Shown here piece after piece: positions 1-14,124 of a stretch of 64,000 bases of DNA; the stretch's first letter is position 1; every line of letters begins with the position of its first letter. Source of the stretch: Eledone cirrhosa. Lineage: Eukaryota. The position numbers were made by a program, and so were the translations under genes. The DNA is taken from assembly GCA_964016885.1 (NCBI GenBank), contig OZ024757.1, positions 33,232,001 through 33,296,000 on the forward strand, in the 5' to 3' direction. The notes under the pieces are model-generated. The model was not told the DNA's origin and did not search any database. It was given only the letters and a program-made list of their open reading frames with translations.

Positions 1-129
1 GGCTATGAGGTAGTTTGTGTCTGGGGTTCTGCACACCAGAGAACATTCTCCCACAATATCTGGGCTTGTATCATTGGAGTAGCAATGGTTATAGGTTGTT
101 GATATATTTAATTCTACAAATTTGTAAAA

Positions 130-1510
130 AAAAAACTGATTTCTGCTCTAGGTGGCTGCCTAGTTAACCTTAACAGTAGCACCGACTTTGTAGAAAGCTG
201 TGCTCCTTTAAGTTTCAGTAATGTACCTCTCTCTCTCTCTCTCTGAAGTCTGTACCCTATAGGTGGCTGCCAAGTTGGCTTTAATGGTAGCACCAGACCT
301 CTATAAACCTGTGATATTTTAAGGTTCAGCAATGTAACTCTCTGAGGTCTGTACCCTATAGGTAGCTACCAAGTTGGCCTTGTATCACCAGCCCTGAATA
401 AACTGTGATATTCTAAGGTTCAGTAATGTACCTCTCTGAAGTATGTGCCCTAGGTGGCTGCCTAGTTAACCTTAACAGTAGCTCCAACTTTGTAAAAAGC
501 TGTGATCCTTTAAGGTTCAATAATGTACCTCTCTCTGAATTCTGTGCCCTAGGTAGTTGCCTAGTTAGCTTTAATAACACCAGCCCTTTGTAAGACTGTA
601 ATACCTTAAGGTTCAGAAAAGCACCTCTCGGTGGATTGTGGCACAGGCAGCTGCCTAATTATCCTTAATGATAAAACTGTATAAAACTGATACTTTAATG
701 TTTAGTATTGTACTTCTACGAGGATTGTACCCTAATTGGTCTTAATGGCAGCATCAGCCTTGTATAAAACTGTGATCCTTTAAGGTCCAGTAATGTACAT
801 CTCTGAGGATTGTGCGCCAGGTAGTTACCCATTTGGTCTTAATGATAGCACCAGCCCTGTATAAAACTGTGGTATTCTAAGGTTCAGTAATGTACCTCTC
901 TGTGGTATGTACCCTATGTGGCTGCCTAGTTAACCTTAACAGTAACACCAGCCTTCTCTGAGGATTGTGCCCTGTGTGTTTGCCTAGTTGGCCTTAATGA
1001 CAGCCCCAGAGCAATGTACCTCGCTGAGGATTGTGCCCTGTGTGACTGCCTAGTTAACCTTACCAGTAGCCCCAGCCTTGTATAAAACTGATACTTTAAC
1101 CCTTTAGCATTCACATTTTATATATACTATTATATTTTCATGGTAATTATCTCACATAATTATCTCACATAATTATCTCACATAATTATCTCACATAATA
1201 TCGAATCTATGAGATTTTGAAAGTATTTATTTTGAGAACAATACCTTAACATCAGTTTGAGCGACCGGTTACAGCCAGTTTCAGAAAGAGGTAGAGAATT
1301 CTGGCTGGTTTTGGCCGGTTTGAACACTAAAGGGTTAAGGTTCAATAATGTTCTTCTCTGAGGATTGTGCCCTAGTTGGCCTTAAAGGCAACAACAGCCC
1401 TGTATAAAACTGTGATATTTTAAGGTTCAGTAATGCATCTCATCCTCACCCTCTGAGGTCTGTCCCTCATGTGGCTGCCTAGTTGGTCATGATGGTAACA
1501 TCAGCCCCGA
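130..1510. repeat. Degenerate ~96-bp tandem satellite/minisatellite, about 11-12 units
   Basis: A recurring unit resembling CTCTGAGGTCTGTACCCTAGGTGGCTGCCTAGTTGGCCTTAATGGTAGCACCAGCCCTGTATAAAACTGTGATATTTTAAGGTTCAGTAATGTACCT starts near 241, 340, 434, 534, 801, 898 and later. An isolated related unit lies near 15255-15345. Confidence 0.85.
1100..1334. mobile_element. piggyBac-type non-autonomous MITE inserted in the satellite
   Basis: TTAA at 1096-1099 and 1335-1338 flanks CCCTTTAGCATTC...GAACACTAAAGGG (CCC/GGG termini). It interrupts a satellite unit at its TTAA. Related copies lie at about 25546-25692, 40592-40863, 45420-45582 and 45630-45827. Confidence 0.85.
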
Positions 1511-1621
1511 CCCTGAGATATATATATATATGAGTTAATAGAGGCAGTGATGGTGTTGGGCGTTGACCATTATATTTGGGTGGGTTACATTCTTGAGAGC
1601 GAAGTAACTGTAGGTAAGGCC

Positions 1622-2803
1622 AGTATGTGTGTGTATATATGTGTATGTGAAGATGCATGTACATGTATGTGTGTTTGGGCATATGTGTGTGTATGTGAAT
1701 ATGTAGGAGCATGAGTGCATATGTACATGTATATGTGTATGAATGTGTATGCATATGTGTATATGTAGGAACATATGTACATATGCATGTATGTATATAT
1801 GTAGGAGTGTGTGTTCATATGTACATGTATATGTGTGTGAATTATATGTGTGTATATTTAGGAGTATATATACATGTATATGTGCATGCAAATGTATATG
1901 AATGTGTATATACATGTATGTATAAATGTGTATAGGTGTGCAGAGATTGTATTCAATACCATATTCATTCATCCCCCCCCACACACACACACACACTTTA
2001 CTGTACTAAGATATAGCAACATTGCCTGCTCATTCATAGCTGCATGTTTCCATGTATGTGTATGTGTATGTATGTATATATATATATATATATATATATA
2101 AACATATATATATATTCATATATACACACACACACACATATATATATGCATATATATATACATACACACATATATATATATACACACACACATATATATA
2201 TATACACACACACATGCATATATATATATATATACATACACATATATACATATATATATATACACACACACATGCATATATATATATATACATACACATA
2301 TATACATATATATATATATACACACACACATGCATATATATATATATACATACACATATATACATATATATATACACACACACACATGCATATATATATA
2401 CATACACATATATACATATATATATACACACATATACACATATAATATACATATATATACATACACATATATATGTACATATATACACACATACACATAT
2501 ATATATATATATATATACACACAGACTCAACCACAAACAATCACACACATCTATGTGTGTTTGTGTGTAATAGAACACAGGCCATTGAGGTTGCAGAACA
2601 GGATTTTTTGTGTGAAACCTTTGTGTTGGTATGGAAAGTGGTTGACTGGAGTGTTATAGTGGCTAGTTAATCAGGAAGATGTTCATGAATAGATTTATTG
2701 TGTTCTAGGAAAGAGAGAGAGAGAGAGACACTTATGGAAGCTGTGCTTGTGCATATGAGTACACATGCTACACATCTGTGTGTGTGTGTGTGAGTGCATG
2801 TGT

Positions 2804-2854
<51 letters not shown>

Positions 2855-2985
2855 TATATTTATAATGGGTAGATTCCCCAAAACAGTTCTAGTCCTGAAA
2901 AAGTCATTTCTATATTATATATATATATATATATATACACACATGTATATACATATGTGTGTATATATATATATATATATATTTA
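1622..2985. repeat. Compound (TA)n/(TG)n/(CA)n microsatellites
   Basis: Seen directly; these are the source of the many YI/HT/CV pseudo-ORFs. Confidence 0.95.
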
Positions 2986-3700
2986 GGGAGGGTCATAGTT
3001 ATAATATTGCCAATTCATATATGTATGTATGTATTTGTATAAATTTCAAATGTATATTAACTTATATTATTATTTCAAATGTATATTAAATTGTTTCAAT
3101 GCTGGTTTTTGACTATGAAAAAAAGTCAAATAAGTTGGGTATGTAAACCCTTAGAAAGAGATACAAGTGGACAATGTCATCTGCAGAACTAGAACTCACA
3201 GCTGTATGCTGGCCAGCTGTGCTACCAATTATAGCAAAGCAATTTGACAAATTGTCCTGTCTTTTTAAACCTCATCTAATGGCCAATGGATGTAAATAAA
3301 TCATTTATATGGAAAGGAACGTTGAGTAAATTATGAGATTTCAAATGTATATTAGTTTAACACAGATGTTTTACTATGAAATATTACGAAAAAGTTATTC
3401 AACTATTTCTAATATTATATATAAGCTCCTAGAGCAGTATAAGATTTAGGACAAATGAGGCCCCGTGCTAGTTAATTATGAAGCCCCTTACTCGTAAAAA
3501 AATTCATCATAAAAAATATGGGGGGCTGAACCTCCCCTGGCTAATGGGCCCCTGCGCTTAAGTACACCTAAGCACAATGGTAAATCCAGCAATGTCCTAG
3601 AAATGGGAAAAAAGTGGACATCATTGCCTGTAGGACTCAAACTCCCACCTGCTACTAATTACACCAAAATGGGCTGAAAAATCACATATATGTATATATG

Positions 3701-5389
3701 CAGTGGCGTAGCTAGGGTGTGGCAAGCAGGGAACATGCCACGGGTGCCATATTTAGGGGGGGGGGGCGCAATTTCGACCTAGATCGATTTACATCCATGT
3801 CGTTTTTATCATTTTTTTAAAATATAAGCCAAAAATGAAGCATGTGATTTCTTGATAACCGACTTCCACACCATGTCTAGTTCACTAGACAGAGCAGATG
3901 TCTGATTTGACTTCACAAAAACAAGTAATCAAAAAAGATGCCGCAAGCCTTGTTGAAACAATCGTGAAAGAGCTAGAAAAAGATGACCTACCACTGCAGA
4001 ACTGTCAATCGCAGTGCTACGACAATGCTGCCATAATGGCTGCGCACCACAGTGGGGTTCAGCAGAGAATGAGAGAGAAGAATAATTTGATTCACTTCGT
4101 TAATTGCGATAACCATTCACTTAATCTGGCTGGTCTTCATGCAGCCAAAAACGATTCTGCTATGATGAACTTTTTCAATTGCATTTACTCATTATACAAC
4201 TTTTTTTCTCGTTCAACACGACGATGGGAAGCCCTTAAAGAAGTTGCTCCAGTGGTTGTTAAATATCCTTCCGACACGCGGTGGAGTGCTAGATGTACTG
4301 CAGTCAGACCGGTGGCGAATTATTTGACGCTGATTGTTCAAGTTCTCGAAAAAATTAGTGATGATGAAACAGAGACATGCGAGAATCGAAGTGATGCCAG
4401 TAATCTCCATAATCGGATACTGAGTTATGAATTCCTGAACTTGATTGGATTCTAGAACACGATTCTCTCACGAATTGACCGGGTTCAAAAGAGACTTCAA
4501 GATCCAAGAATGAATTTTCACGATGCTGCAGATGATATAGGAGCCCTTCAAAGAAGAAGGAACATCCTTAATCCACGAATCTCTTGAAATGGGCTTCGAC
4601 CTCTGCCAGAAATGGAATGTCGATTTTCCAGGGAGGCGAGGAAGACGACAAACCAATACCAAAATTACTGAGGATGTCAAGGCGGCTGCCAGAAAAGATA
4701 TAGAGAGAGCAATGCAAAGTTCACTCAATCGTCTTAAAACAGAAATGGAATAACGGTTTATTCGACTTAAGGAAACCGACTCAAGTTTTGGCTTTCTTCT
4801 TGATGTCAACTATCTGTTTTATTTGGCTGCTCCTGATAACCTTGTCCTTAAACAAAGGTGCAACAGCCTTGCAGAACTATACAACTCCAACATCGACGGA
4901 GAGCAATTGTATGAGGAAATTTTGGACTGCCGATCTTTGCTGGCTACTAGGACAGCTGACCCAATTTTAAAGCCAGAGGCACTTCTCCAATTCATCATAC
5001 AATACGGCGATGAATGTGTTTTTCCCAATTTGTGAATCAGCATTCAAATAATGTTGACGATTTCTATTTCAATTGCCAATTACGAGAGGTCGTTCAGCAA
5101 GCTGAAGCTAATACATTCGTATTTGAGAACCTCAATGGGCCAACAACAGCTGACTGACCTCGTCCTTTGAGTGTAGAAATCGAAGAGTTTGAACGAACTG
5201 ATTTCGAGGAAATTATCAACCAGTTTGCCTCATTAAAAGCCCGAAAAATCAAGTTGTAACCGTTTTTTGTTTTTCTATTATAAATTCTACCGCAATTTCG
5301 TCTTTGTGGATCTTGATTTTTTTATGGGTGGGGGGGGGGGGCAATTTTGATGCTTGCCCTGGGCGCCGTTTACCCTAGCTACGCCACTG
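3701..5389 (+). mobile_element. hAT DNA transposon (Tip100/ZMYM1-like), internally deleted, inactive transposase
   Basis: 18-bp TIRs CAGTGGCGTAGCTAGGGT / ACCCTAGCTACGCCACTG and a perfect 8-bp TSD TATATATG (3693-3700, 5390-5397). Confidence 0.95.
3898..5259 (+). pseudogene. hAT transposase pseudogene (C-terminal part)
   Basis: Motifs QCYDNAAIM..HSGVQ, FVNCDNHSLNL (CxxH), SDTRWSAR and the hATC dimerisation motif FPNL*..IMLTISISIANYERSFSKLKLI. In-frame stops (4453, 5033) and frameshifts; the N-terminus is missing. Confidence 0.9.
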
Positions 5390-5419
5390 TATATATGTGT
5401 ATATGTATATAAAATAAGA

Positions 5420-5625
5420 GTTTCTGATTTAGACACAAGGTCAACAATTTGGGGTGGGGGTTAAGTTGATTATATCAACTCCAGTTTGTTACTGGTACTC
5501 TATTATATTGACCCAATAAGGATGAAAGGCAAAGTTAACCTCAGCGGCATTTAAACACAAAACGTAAAAGGATGTAACTCTATGCTGCAGTGCATGGTGT
5601 CCGATGCTCTACCGATACTGCCAAT
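5420..5625 (-). mobile_element. tRNA-derived SINE, abundant family with core AGTTCAAATCCCGCCGAGGTTAACTTTGCCTTTCATCCTT
   Basis: The same core recurs at about 18700-18850(+), 20068-20310(-), 22865-23370(-, several copies), 26090-26280(+), 28357-28480(-), 31880-32060(-) and 62470-62570(+). Confidence 0.8.
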
Positions 5626-5639
5626 CCACAAGATGAAAA

Positions 5640-5945
5640 TGCTAATGTCAATGTGCGTGAATGACGAAGCATGGACGATTTGAGAGAGAAACTGTGTATA
5701 AAAGGAATAAACTGTAATGTGCAGGAGAGAAGACTACGTTGGTATGACCATATGATGCGCATGGATGATGACCTCTGGGTGAAAAAGTGCCAAGTAATCA
5801 CAGTGGAAGGAAGACGCAGTAGAGGAAAACCACAGAAAACATGGGTGGATGTGGTGAGAGCTAACCTCAGATTGCTGAAGCTCACAGAGGAGATGACGAA
5901 GGACCATGATAAATGGAGAGATGTTGTGCTGAAGAGGACCCACCC
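5640..5945 (+). mobile_element. RTE-clade LINE 3' fragment
   Basis: Translation VQERRLRWYDHMMRM..WVKKC..VEGRRSRGKPQKTWVDVV..DHDKWR matches the RTE ORF C-terminus. Confidence 0.85.
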
Positions 5946-6059
5946 CATATATATATACTAGAAGGGCCATGCACCCTACCCTTACTCTCTACAAGGCAAT
6001 CAAAAAAGGTCATTCTTTTCACTAAATTGTTCTATTCCTGTGCTTTCAAGCAATTGTCC

Positions 6060-6395
6060 TTAAAGGTAGTACTTGGGGTCTATAAGATAGTACAAGGGGT
6101 CCCAGGTCTGCTGGGTGTTGGCAAACAGTACTGGGGTGCCTTGGGTCGATTGGAGGTCTGTGCAGACTACTGGGCGGTCTTAGGTTTACTGGAGGTCTAT
6201 GAAGACAGAACTGTGGGTCTGTGAAGTCAGTACAAGGGGGTCTTGGGTCTAATGGGGGTCTGTAAAAATTATGTGATGGGGGGGGAGTATTGGTTGAACT
6301 GGGATCTGTGAAGACATTATTTGGTGGGGTGGGGGGGTCTTGGGTCCACTGGAGATCTGTGAAAACAGTACTGGGGGGGGGGGGGGTCTCAGACA
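6060..6395. repeat. Degenerate ~40-bp G-rich minisatellite
   Basis: Recurring GGGGTCTTGGGTCTACTGGAGGTCTGTGAAGACAGTACTG-like units. Confidence 0.7.
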
Positions 6396-6504
6396 TAAAA
6401 TGATGAATTTGCAGGCGTAAAATGAGGATGATGATGATTACTATTGGTCCACACAAAGGTAATTTGGGGGATCTGTGAGCTAAGTTCAAAATTTCCAGTA
6501 TGTA

Positions 6505-6720
6505 GGGGCTAGGAAGCCGGAAGTGTAGGGCTAGGGAACTGGAAAGTAGGGCAGTCTAGCTGGAAGTGATGGGCCAGTGACGTCACATCAGAGGAAGTGA
6601 GGGCAATATCTTCCTCTCGGTCTCTGAGTCACCATCGAGTGTGGGCGCTTTGTATGACTTGTGCAAATGAGCTTTTAAGTTTTTCTATGTTCTCTGGTTA
6701 GACATGAAGCAGGTGAGCAT
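6505..6720 (+). promoter_or_regulatory. Candidate promoter/first exon (ETS-like and CRE motifs, splice donor)
   Basis: CCGGAAGT at 6517, further GGAAGT copies, the palindrome GTGACGTCAC at 6577-6586, then ATGAAGCAG|GTGAGC with GT at 6713. Confidence 0.35.
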
Positions 6721-6977
6721 CACACAGGTAGATACAGTCAGGAAAAACACAATATACACTCTACTGGGTATCCATTCTTCTCTATGTATAAACATTTTGC
6801 TCTTTCAATTGTTATTCTCACTGTATAACAATTCGAAAGGGGAGTATGTTAGAAGATTCGTTAAGATAATAAGGGGTTCTTAGAAGTAAAAAGTTAGGGA
6901 CCACTGCCCTATTATTTTACTTCCTTGCATGACTACACTGGGACAGAAGCTTGGTTACATTGAATCGAAGCCCCCAG

Positions 6978-7205
6978 TAGTGGTTTTAAACTGGGCAAAA
7001 GAGATTTTAAACTGGGCAAATGTGGTTTTAAACTGGGTGATGGTAGTGGTGTTTAACTGGATGGTGTTGTTAAATTGTATGATGGTGGTGTTCAACTGGG
7101 TGATGGTGTTAAACTTGGTAGTGGTGGTGATTTTAAACTGGGTGATGGTGGTGATATTTAGTGGTGGTGGAGTTATACTGTGTGATGGTCGTTTTAAACT
7201 GGGCA
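6978..7205. repeat. ~21-24-bp minisatellite GTGGTTTTAAACTGGGTGATG
   Basis: About 9 degenerate tandem units. Confidence 0.75.
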
Positions 7206-7383
7206 ATGGATTAACCCTTTGCAACCAAGTTACACAGTGTGGAGGGGGTGAGAGACAGAGAACATATGGAGAGGAGGAGAGAGATAGGCAGAGTGGAGAA
7301 GGGGGAGAGGCAAACAGAGAGGGAGAGAGGGAGAGAGTGGGGAGATGTACAAAAATGGGGGAGGAGTAGTCAGGTAAACAGAT

Positions 7384-7415
<32 letters not shown>

Positions 7416-7487
7416 CATATAGACAAATGAAGGTTAGAGAGGAAGAGTGATAGAGAGCACGCACTCACACACACATACATACATATA

Positions 7488-7538
<51 letters not shown>

Positions 7539-7668
7539 GTGCAGTGATAAACAGAGACATAAGTAGATAGATAGACAGGCAGAGAGTCATAGATAGATTA
7601 GATTAGATAGACAGATAGATAACTAGAGAAACAGGCAGATAACTAGAAATAGGTAGATAGGTATACAG

Positions 7669-7704
<36 letters not shown>

Positions 7705-8372
7705 GAAGGGGTAAGAAGGTAGAGAGCTGGACAAGGACGATTGGGGAGACAACAAGAAACGAGAGAAAAGGAAAGTAAGATAAAATAGAGATCGATTGTT
7801 CGATCGATAGATAGGTATGTAGAAATGCGAGGGGAATAGGAAGAAAAATTGAGGCAGAAAGGCAGAGGGGGAAATAGAGAAAAAAGAAAGCAAGGCGGGG
7901 AGAGAACGATAGAATGATATAATGGGGAAGAAGCTTAGCTAGCTAAAGTACTTTAGTAGCGGGGAAAAATAAACATGTGGGAAGAACGATAGTATAATAG
8001 AGAAAGTGAGGGGAGGGGTACAACATGTGGGAAGAGCGACAGCATATTAGAGAAAGAGAGAGGGGTATACTATATAATGTACAGAGAGGGAGGTGGAAAG
8101 ATAGGGATACAATACAATGGAGAGGGAGAAAGAGGTGATGACAGAAAGAGAGATAATAAAACAGAGAGAGAGAGGGGGAGGAAGAGAAAGTGAGAGAGAA
8201 AGGGTATCTGTCAGAGATAGAGAAATTGGGAGATGTGAAGGAGAAGCAGACGATAAAAAAAGGAAAGGAAGGAGATATTGTAACAAGAAAGGGGGCGGGA
8301 GTAAACAATATAGAAACAGCATGTATATATATATATTGTATATATATATATATATATATTGTGTGTGTGTGT

Positions 8373-8500
8373 ATGATGATTTCCTTCGAATGAAACAGTT
8401 CTAGTCCTGTTGAAGCCATTTCTATATTAAATATTGTATATACTCTACGATGTATTGAGTACCTTACTGTAGTTAACCCCGATTGAACCCGGGATACACA
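8373..8500 (+). mobile_element. Penelope-like element terminal-repeat remnant with hammerhead-core sequence
   Basis: TGATGA-N12-GAAACAGTTCTAGTC followed by TATTGAGTACCTTACT and CCCCGATTGAACCCGGG. Family members lie at about 2878, 9845, 12930-12985, 13030-13115, 14900(-), 15830(-), 20828-20970 and 26305(-), usually embedded in (TA)n. Confidence 0.6.
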
Positions 8501-8785
8501 TATATATATATATATATATACATATATACTTAAACAAGTTGTATACTTATATAAGGTACACGCAGTAGGGTGTTTATATATATATACAAAATATACGCTG
8601 GTGTCGGTGTTTATATTTTACATATATACATTCTGTGCAGATATGAATAACATTTCAGACAATTTCGTTCCATTCCCCATAACAACGATATGGAATATAT
8701 ATAAATATTTACAAACCCGCTCTGAGGTACATGTATACATTACATATACGGCGTATGGTTGGCCTATCATACATATACATATGTG

Positions 8786-8817
<32 letters not shown>

Positions 8818-9006
8818 CATACATATAGATGTGTGTATGTGTATATATATATATATATTATATATATATAGACATACATATACATGTGTGTATGTGTATA
8901 TATATATATATTATATAGACATACATATACATGTGTGTATGTATGTGTATATATATATATATATATTATATATATATACATACATATACATGTGTGTATG
9001 TATGTG

Positions 9007-9038
<32 letters not shown>

Positions 9039-10057
9039 AGACATACATACACACATGTATATGTATGATAGGCCAACCATATATATATATATGTGTGTAT
9101 ATATATATAGAGAGAGACATATATATACATTTATATACACACCCACACACACATATGTGTGTGTGTGTTGAAATATTCTTGTATAACAAACAAACACACA
9201 CACACACGCGTATGTATGTATGTATGTATGTATGTACACACACCCACACACACATCATTTAGAACCAAAACAGAAACAGATTATCAAAAATATATATACT
9301 AAATAAAATACATCTCCAGACCTGTGTCCATATATTATATATACATGCGTAGAAATAAATAAATATATACAAAACACTGCGTATGCATATATATATATAT
9401 ATATACTCCCACCCACGTAAATATATATTCCATTATACACTACAATGCATACAAACATACAAATATGTGCACGGATATAAATAGACACAAACCACTACAT
9501 AAACACAAGCAACAATCAATCATCGATACACATTTTATTTCTCATATATATATATATATATACACACACATATATATACATACACATATATATACATACA
9601 CACACACACACACACATATATACATATACACACATATACATATATATATATATATAAACACACACATACATATACATACATAAATACACACATTTATGGA
9701 TAAACACAGACACATATAGATAGATAAATTACACACACACATTATATATATATATATATATAAATATATCATTTAAAATGGTTTTCCGAATAAAATCGGA
9801 AGGGATCACAGTCAAATAACAAGGTGCTCAATTCACTGAAACGAATGAAACAGTTCTAGTCATGTAGAAGTCATTTCTATATAAGATATATATATATATA
9901 TATATATATTATACAACATAACCTATACAATTACAAATATGCATAAGATACAATATAATTATCGATGAATATGAACACATGTATATATATTTAGTGTATG
10001 TATATGTATAAATATATACGCATAAACCTGTCATTTATCAATCGATTATATATATAT

Positions 10058-10120
<63 letters not shown>

Positions 10121-11031
10121 GTGTTTGTGAATAAATATTAATGTAAAGTTGGGATACCTTGAGTTTCCATCGGAGGAGAGAGTGAGTGAAAGTAGAAATA
10201 AAATACAATATCGAATGAGTGCGTGTGAAGTGTGAGCTTGTAAAAATTATCCGTATCTTCTCTAAACGGCAAGCGGTAAGTTACTCCTTGGTTGGGTCTC
10301 GAACCTTCTTCCTCTTGTCTTACATCCAGCAGGGTATGTGGTATATTATAGTGGGTGTGTTCCCTTCCAGTGGCGACAGGTGACAAGCAGGTAGTAAATA
10401 CGGAAAGAAAGAGGCAGAGAATTAACGCGGGAGAGAGATAGACAGGGAGAACTAAGGCAGAGAGAGAAAGAGAAAGATAGAGAGAATTTACCACGGGAGA
10501 TAGATATACTAAACTGTGAACGGTAGACGGAGCAAGAGAGAAAGATGGAGTGTGTGCGTGTTTGTATGTGTGTGTATATGCGTGCTTATGTGTGTGTGTG
10601 TATGCGTGTTTATGTATGTAAATGCGTATGTGTGTGATTGTGTGTACCTGAATGCGTTGTATGTGCGAACGTATGTATGTTTTGTGTTTGTGAAGGTGCG
10701 TGTGTATGTACGTCAATACGATGTAAGTGTTTGTATGTGTTCCAGAGTGTGTGTGCGTGTGTATATATATGTGCGCGCGCGTAGTATGAAAGAGAGATAG
10801 ACTAAACAATATTAGGTGAAAGAAAGAGAGAGAGAGAGAGATATATAGTAAGCGAAATGGAGGGAGAGTGTGCCATTGTGCGTGCGTGTTTATACACGCG
10901 TATGTGCTGCGCGTGTATGATATACAGAGCTGGAGTTATAAGGCGATATACACACACACACACACACACATATATATTTAAAGGCATATACACACATTCA
11001 TATATATCTATATCTCTCTATATATATATAA

Positions 11032-11098
<67 letters not shown>

Positions 11099-11181
11099 GA
11101 GAGAGAGAGCGTGATACTCTACTATTTTGTATTGAGTACTCATTTAAAACGGCTTTCCCCTTTCATTTATAGCAAGAAAAT

Positions 11182-11230
<49 letters not shown>

Positions 11231-11234
11231 TATA

Positions 11235-11314
11235 CATAGGGCGTCCCCCAAAAACGTATACATATATTTATTAGAATGGTGTTGAAATGTGTATACATTT
11301 TTGGGGACACCGTG
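11235..11314. mobile_element. ~80-bp Tc1/mariner-type MITE
   Basis: Long TIRs (..GGGCGTCCCCCAAAAACGTATACA / TGTATACATTTTTGGGGACACC..) flanked by TA. A second copy is at 24551-24628 and a relative at about 28175-28275. Confidence 0.75.
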
Positions 11315-11341
11315 TATATGAGTGTGTGTGTAGAGAGGGGG

Positions 11342-11411
<70 letters not shown>

Positions 11412-11484
11412 ATTTTTTACAATAGTTCTAACAAGGACTCAATCTCGTTCAAGAAACATCAAAACCATTGACTTGGAAATAATA

Positions 11485-12060
11485 TCACCACCACCACCGC
11501 CGGCATCACCATTAAAACAACCGCAGCATCACCATTAAAGCGACCACCAGCATCACCAGTAAAGCCATCACAACCATCACCACTAAAACCACCACAGCAT
11601 CACTACTAATATCACCATAACGACCACCTTCACCACAAAACCACCACTAGCACCATCACCATCATCACAAGCTCCATCCCAACCACCATCACCTCCATCA
11701 ACACTATCACCATCACCTCTATCAACACTATCACCACCACCACCACCACCACCATTATCATCATCATCAGCACCATCACCACAAGCTCCATCCCACCACC
11801 ATCACAACCACCTCCATCAACACTATCACCACCACCACCATTACCATCATCATCACCATCACCATCACCTCCATCAACACTATCACCACTACCACCACCA
11901 CCACCACCATTATCATCATCAGCACCATCACCACGAGCTCCATCCCAACCACCATGACCATCACCTCCATCAACACTATCACCACCACTACCACCACCAC
12001 CACCACCAACAACAACAACAGCAACAACAACAACAACAACATCATCACCACCATCATCAC
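11485..12060. repeat. Compound trinucleotide repeat (CAC/CAT/CAA)n
   Basis: Seen directly, with internal higher-order duplication of CACCTCCATCAACACTATCACC. Confidence 0.9.
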
Positions 12061-12665
12061 ACATATTTACATACATATATACAGCCAGATGAAGAGAACA
12101 AGCATTTGGAAAATAAATTTTACACTCTACTCACGAGTATTGAATGCTCACCAACTTAATGTTTGACTGTTTTCACTTCTATGGTATTTTTAACACTCAT
12201 TCTAATGAAAACACACACACATATACACACACTCACATTTAATACACGCCTTTAGTCGAAATTCATGTGTCTAGTAGTTTCATAGACTGTTCTGTTAATG
12301 GTACATACAAACACATTTACATACATACATATGTAAGATACATATTTTTGGTGTATGTGTAATTGTATGTAAGTGTGAGTGGGTATCTTTATAATTTAGT
12401 GTATATATGTGTGTGTGGGGGGTGTAAGTGTGCGTGTGTGTATGCCTGTAGGAGAAGGGCCTGATGAATCTGACTATAAAGTCTCACACCCTCATAGCTT
12501 TTCAACCTCTCATTCACAATCACTTTTTCTATTCTTTCAGTCTATCTAACCCTTTACCTGACCACTAACCTTAACCCTAATTCATACACACCCACACACT
12601 CTTCATTTCTCATTTCTCGTTTCACCCTTTTTCTCTTTCTTTTGTTTTCCCCTCCCTTTTTTAAA

Positions 12666-12767
<102 letters not shown>

Positions 12768-12864
12768 TAACAGATTAAAGTTTGCTCTACGGTTCTTATA
12801 TATTTGATATATATTTATCCTTATCGAGCCCTCTTTGGATTTTAGTCTTCAAATTTATTATTAT

Positions 12865-12926
<62 letters not shown>

Positions 12927-13328
12927 TCTGCTATGTATTGAGTACCTTACTTACTGAGGTTACCCCCGATTGAACCCGAGATCAACTTATATATATATAT
13001 ATATATATATATATGGACATTCCATGTGATTTCATATGAATGTAACAGATCTAGCCCTGTAAAAGTCATTTCTATATAAAATATGCTTATTCTCTACTAA
13101 CGTATTGAGTACTTTATATATATATATATCTGTGTGTGTATGTATAAATATATATGTTTATAGCCATGTTATGTAACCACCCCCTCCCTCCATCTAGTTG
13201 ATATTCTTACACTTCTTTCCTCCTCTCTTCTGTCGTCTGTTCACTAAACACTCGCTTTGATCGACTCCTACATACAACCCTTCTCTCTCTCACTCTCTCT
13301 CTCTTTATCACTCTCTTTCTCTTCTTAT

Positions 13329-13361
<33 letters not shown>

Positions 13362-13516
13362 ACTGTGTCTGATGCTGTTACTTACACTGTACCCCCTTCT
13401 CCTCCTCCTTACACTCCTTTTTCCTCTTTCCCTACTCCCTCCTTAACTAGATTTTCCTCCACCTCTATCGTCTGCTCTTCGCTATTTAAAAGCTATCGCT
13501 CTCTCTTTTTCCTTCT

Positions 13517-13595
<79 letters not shown>

Positions 13596-13604
13596 CTTCT
13601 CTTT

Positions 13605-13830
13605 TACTCACAGGGAGATTCAACAAGACCCAGTGTGTGTGACAAGGTGGATCCTTTTGAATTACAGATATAACAACTAATTTTGTTCCAGCCGAGTAGA
13701 CTGGAGCAACATAGCCAAAAAAAAAACAAAAAAAAAAGTTATTTCCTCAAGGACAAAACGCGCCGCCGGGAATCGAACGCACGACCTTATGATCGTGATC
13801 CAAACATGCTGACAACTGAGTCACGCGCTC
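13605..13830 (-). mobile_element. Second tRNA-derived SINE family (A/B-box head, then GTGTCCTTGAGCAAGACACTTTATTTCACGTTGCTCCAG)
   Basis: A tRNA-like head on the minus strand. Further copies lie at about 18030-18370, 30200-30465, 31640-31810, 43760-44050, 47035-47300(+), 48180-48430, 52230-52378 and 62580-62846. Confidence 0.75.
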
Positions 13831-14058
13831 TGATATGCAACTTATATGCAACATATCAACGAGTCAGCTGCACACGTTGCACAGCAACAGCAACATCAAC
13901 AGCAATGACATTCAACTGGCTTGGATCACAAGGGACATAACTCAACTGCATGCGTCCGAGTGCACGTGAACGGCCGAAGCAGCTATCACATTCAACCGAG
14001 TGTGTAGCATAGTTGTTAAATACTGCAAATTGCAACTGACTGCATAATGAAAGCAACG

Positions 14059-14124
<66 letters not shown>

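Noticed and set aside
10140-10400. Unique island with GTAAGT/GTATGT donor-like sites
   Set aside because: No recognisable coding similarity or partner exon; it cannot be supported from sequence alone.
11630-12076. Gly/Asp/Val-rich 148-aa ORF
   Set aside because: Trinucleotide-repeat translation with no splice or domain support.
13755-13830. tRNA-like sequences here and at other SINE heads
   Set aside because: They are degenerate A/B boxes continuous with SINE bodies, and no intact cloverleaf was found.
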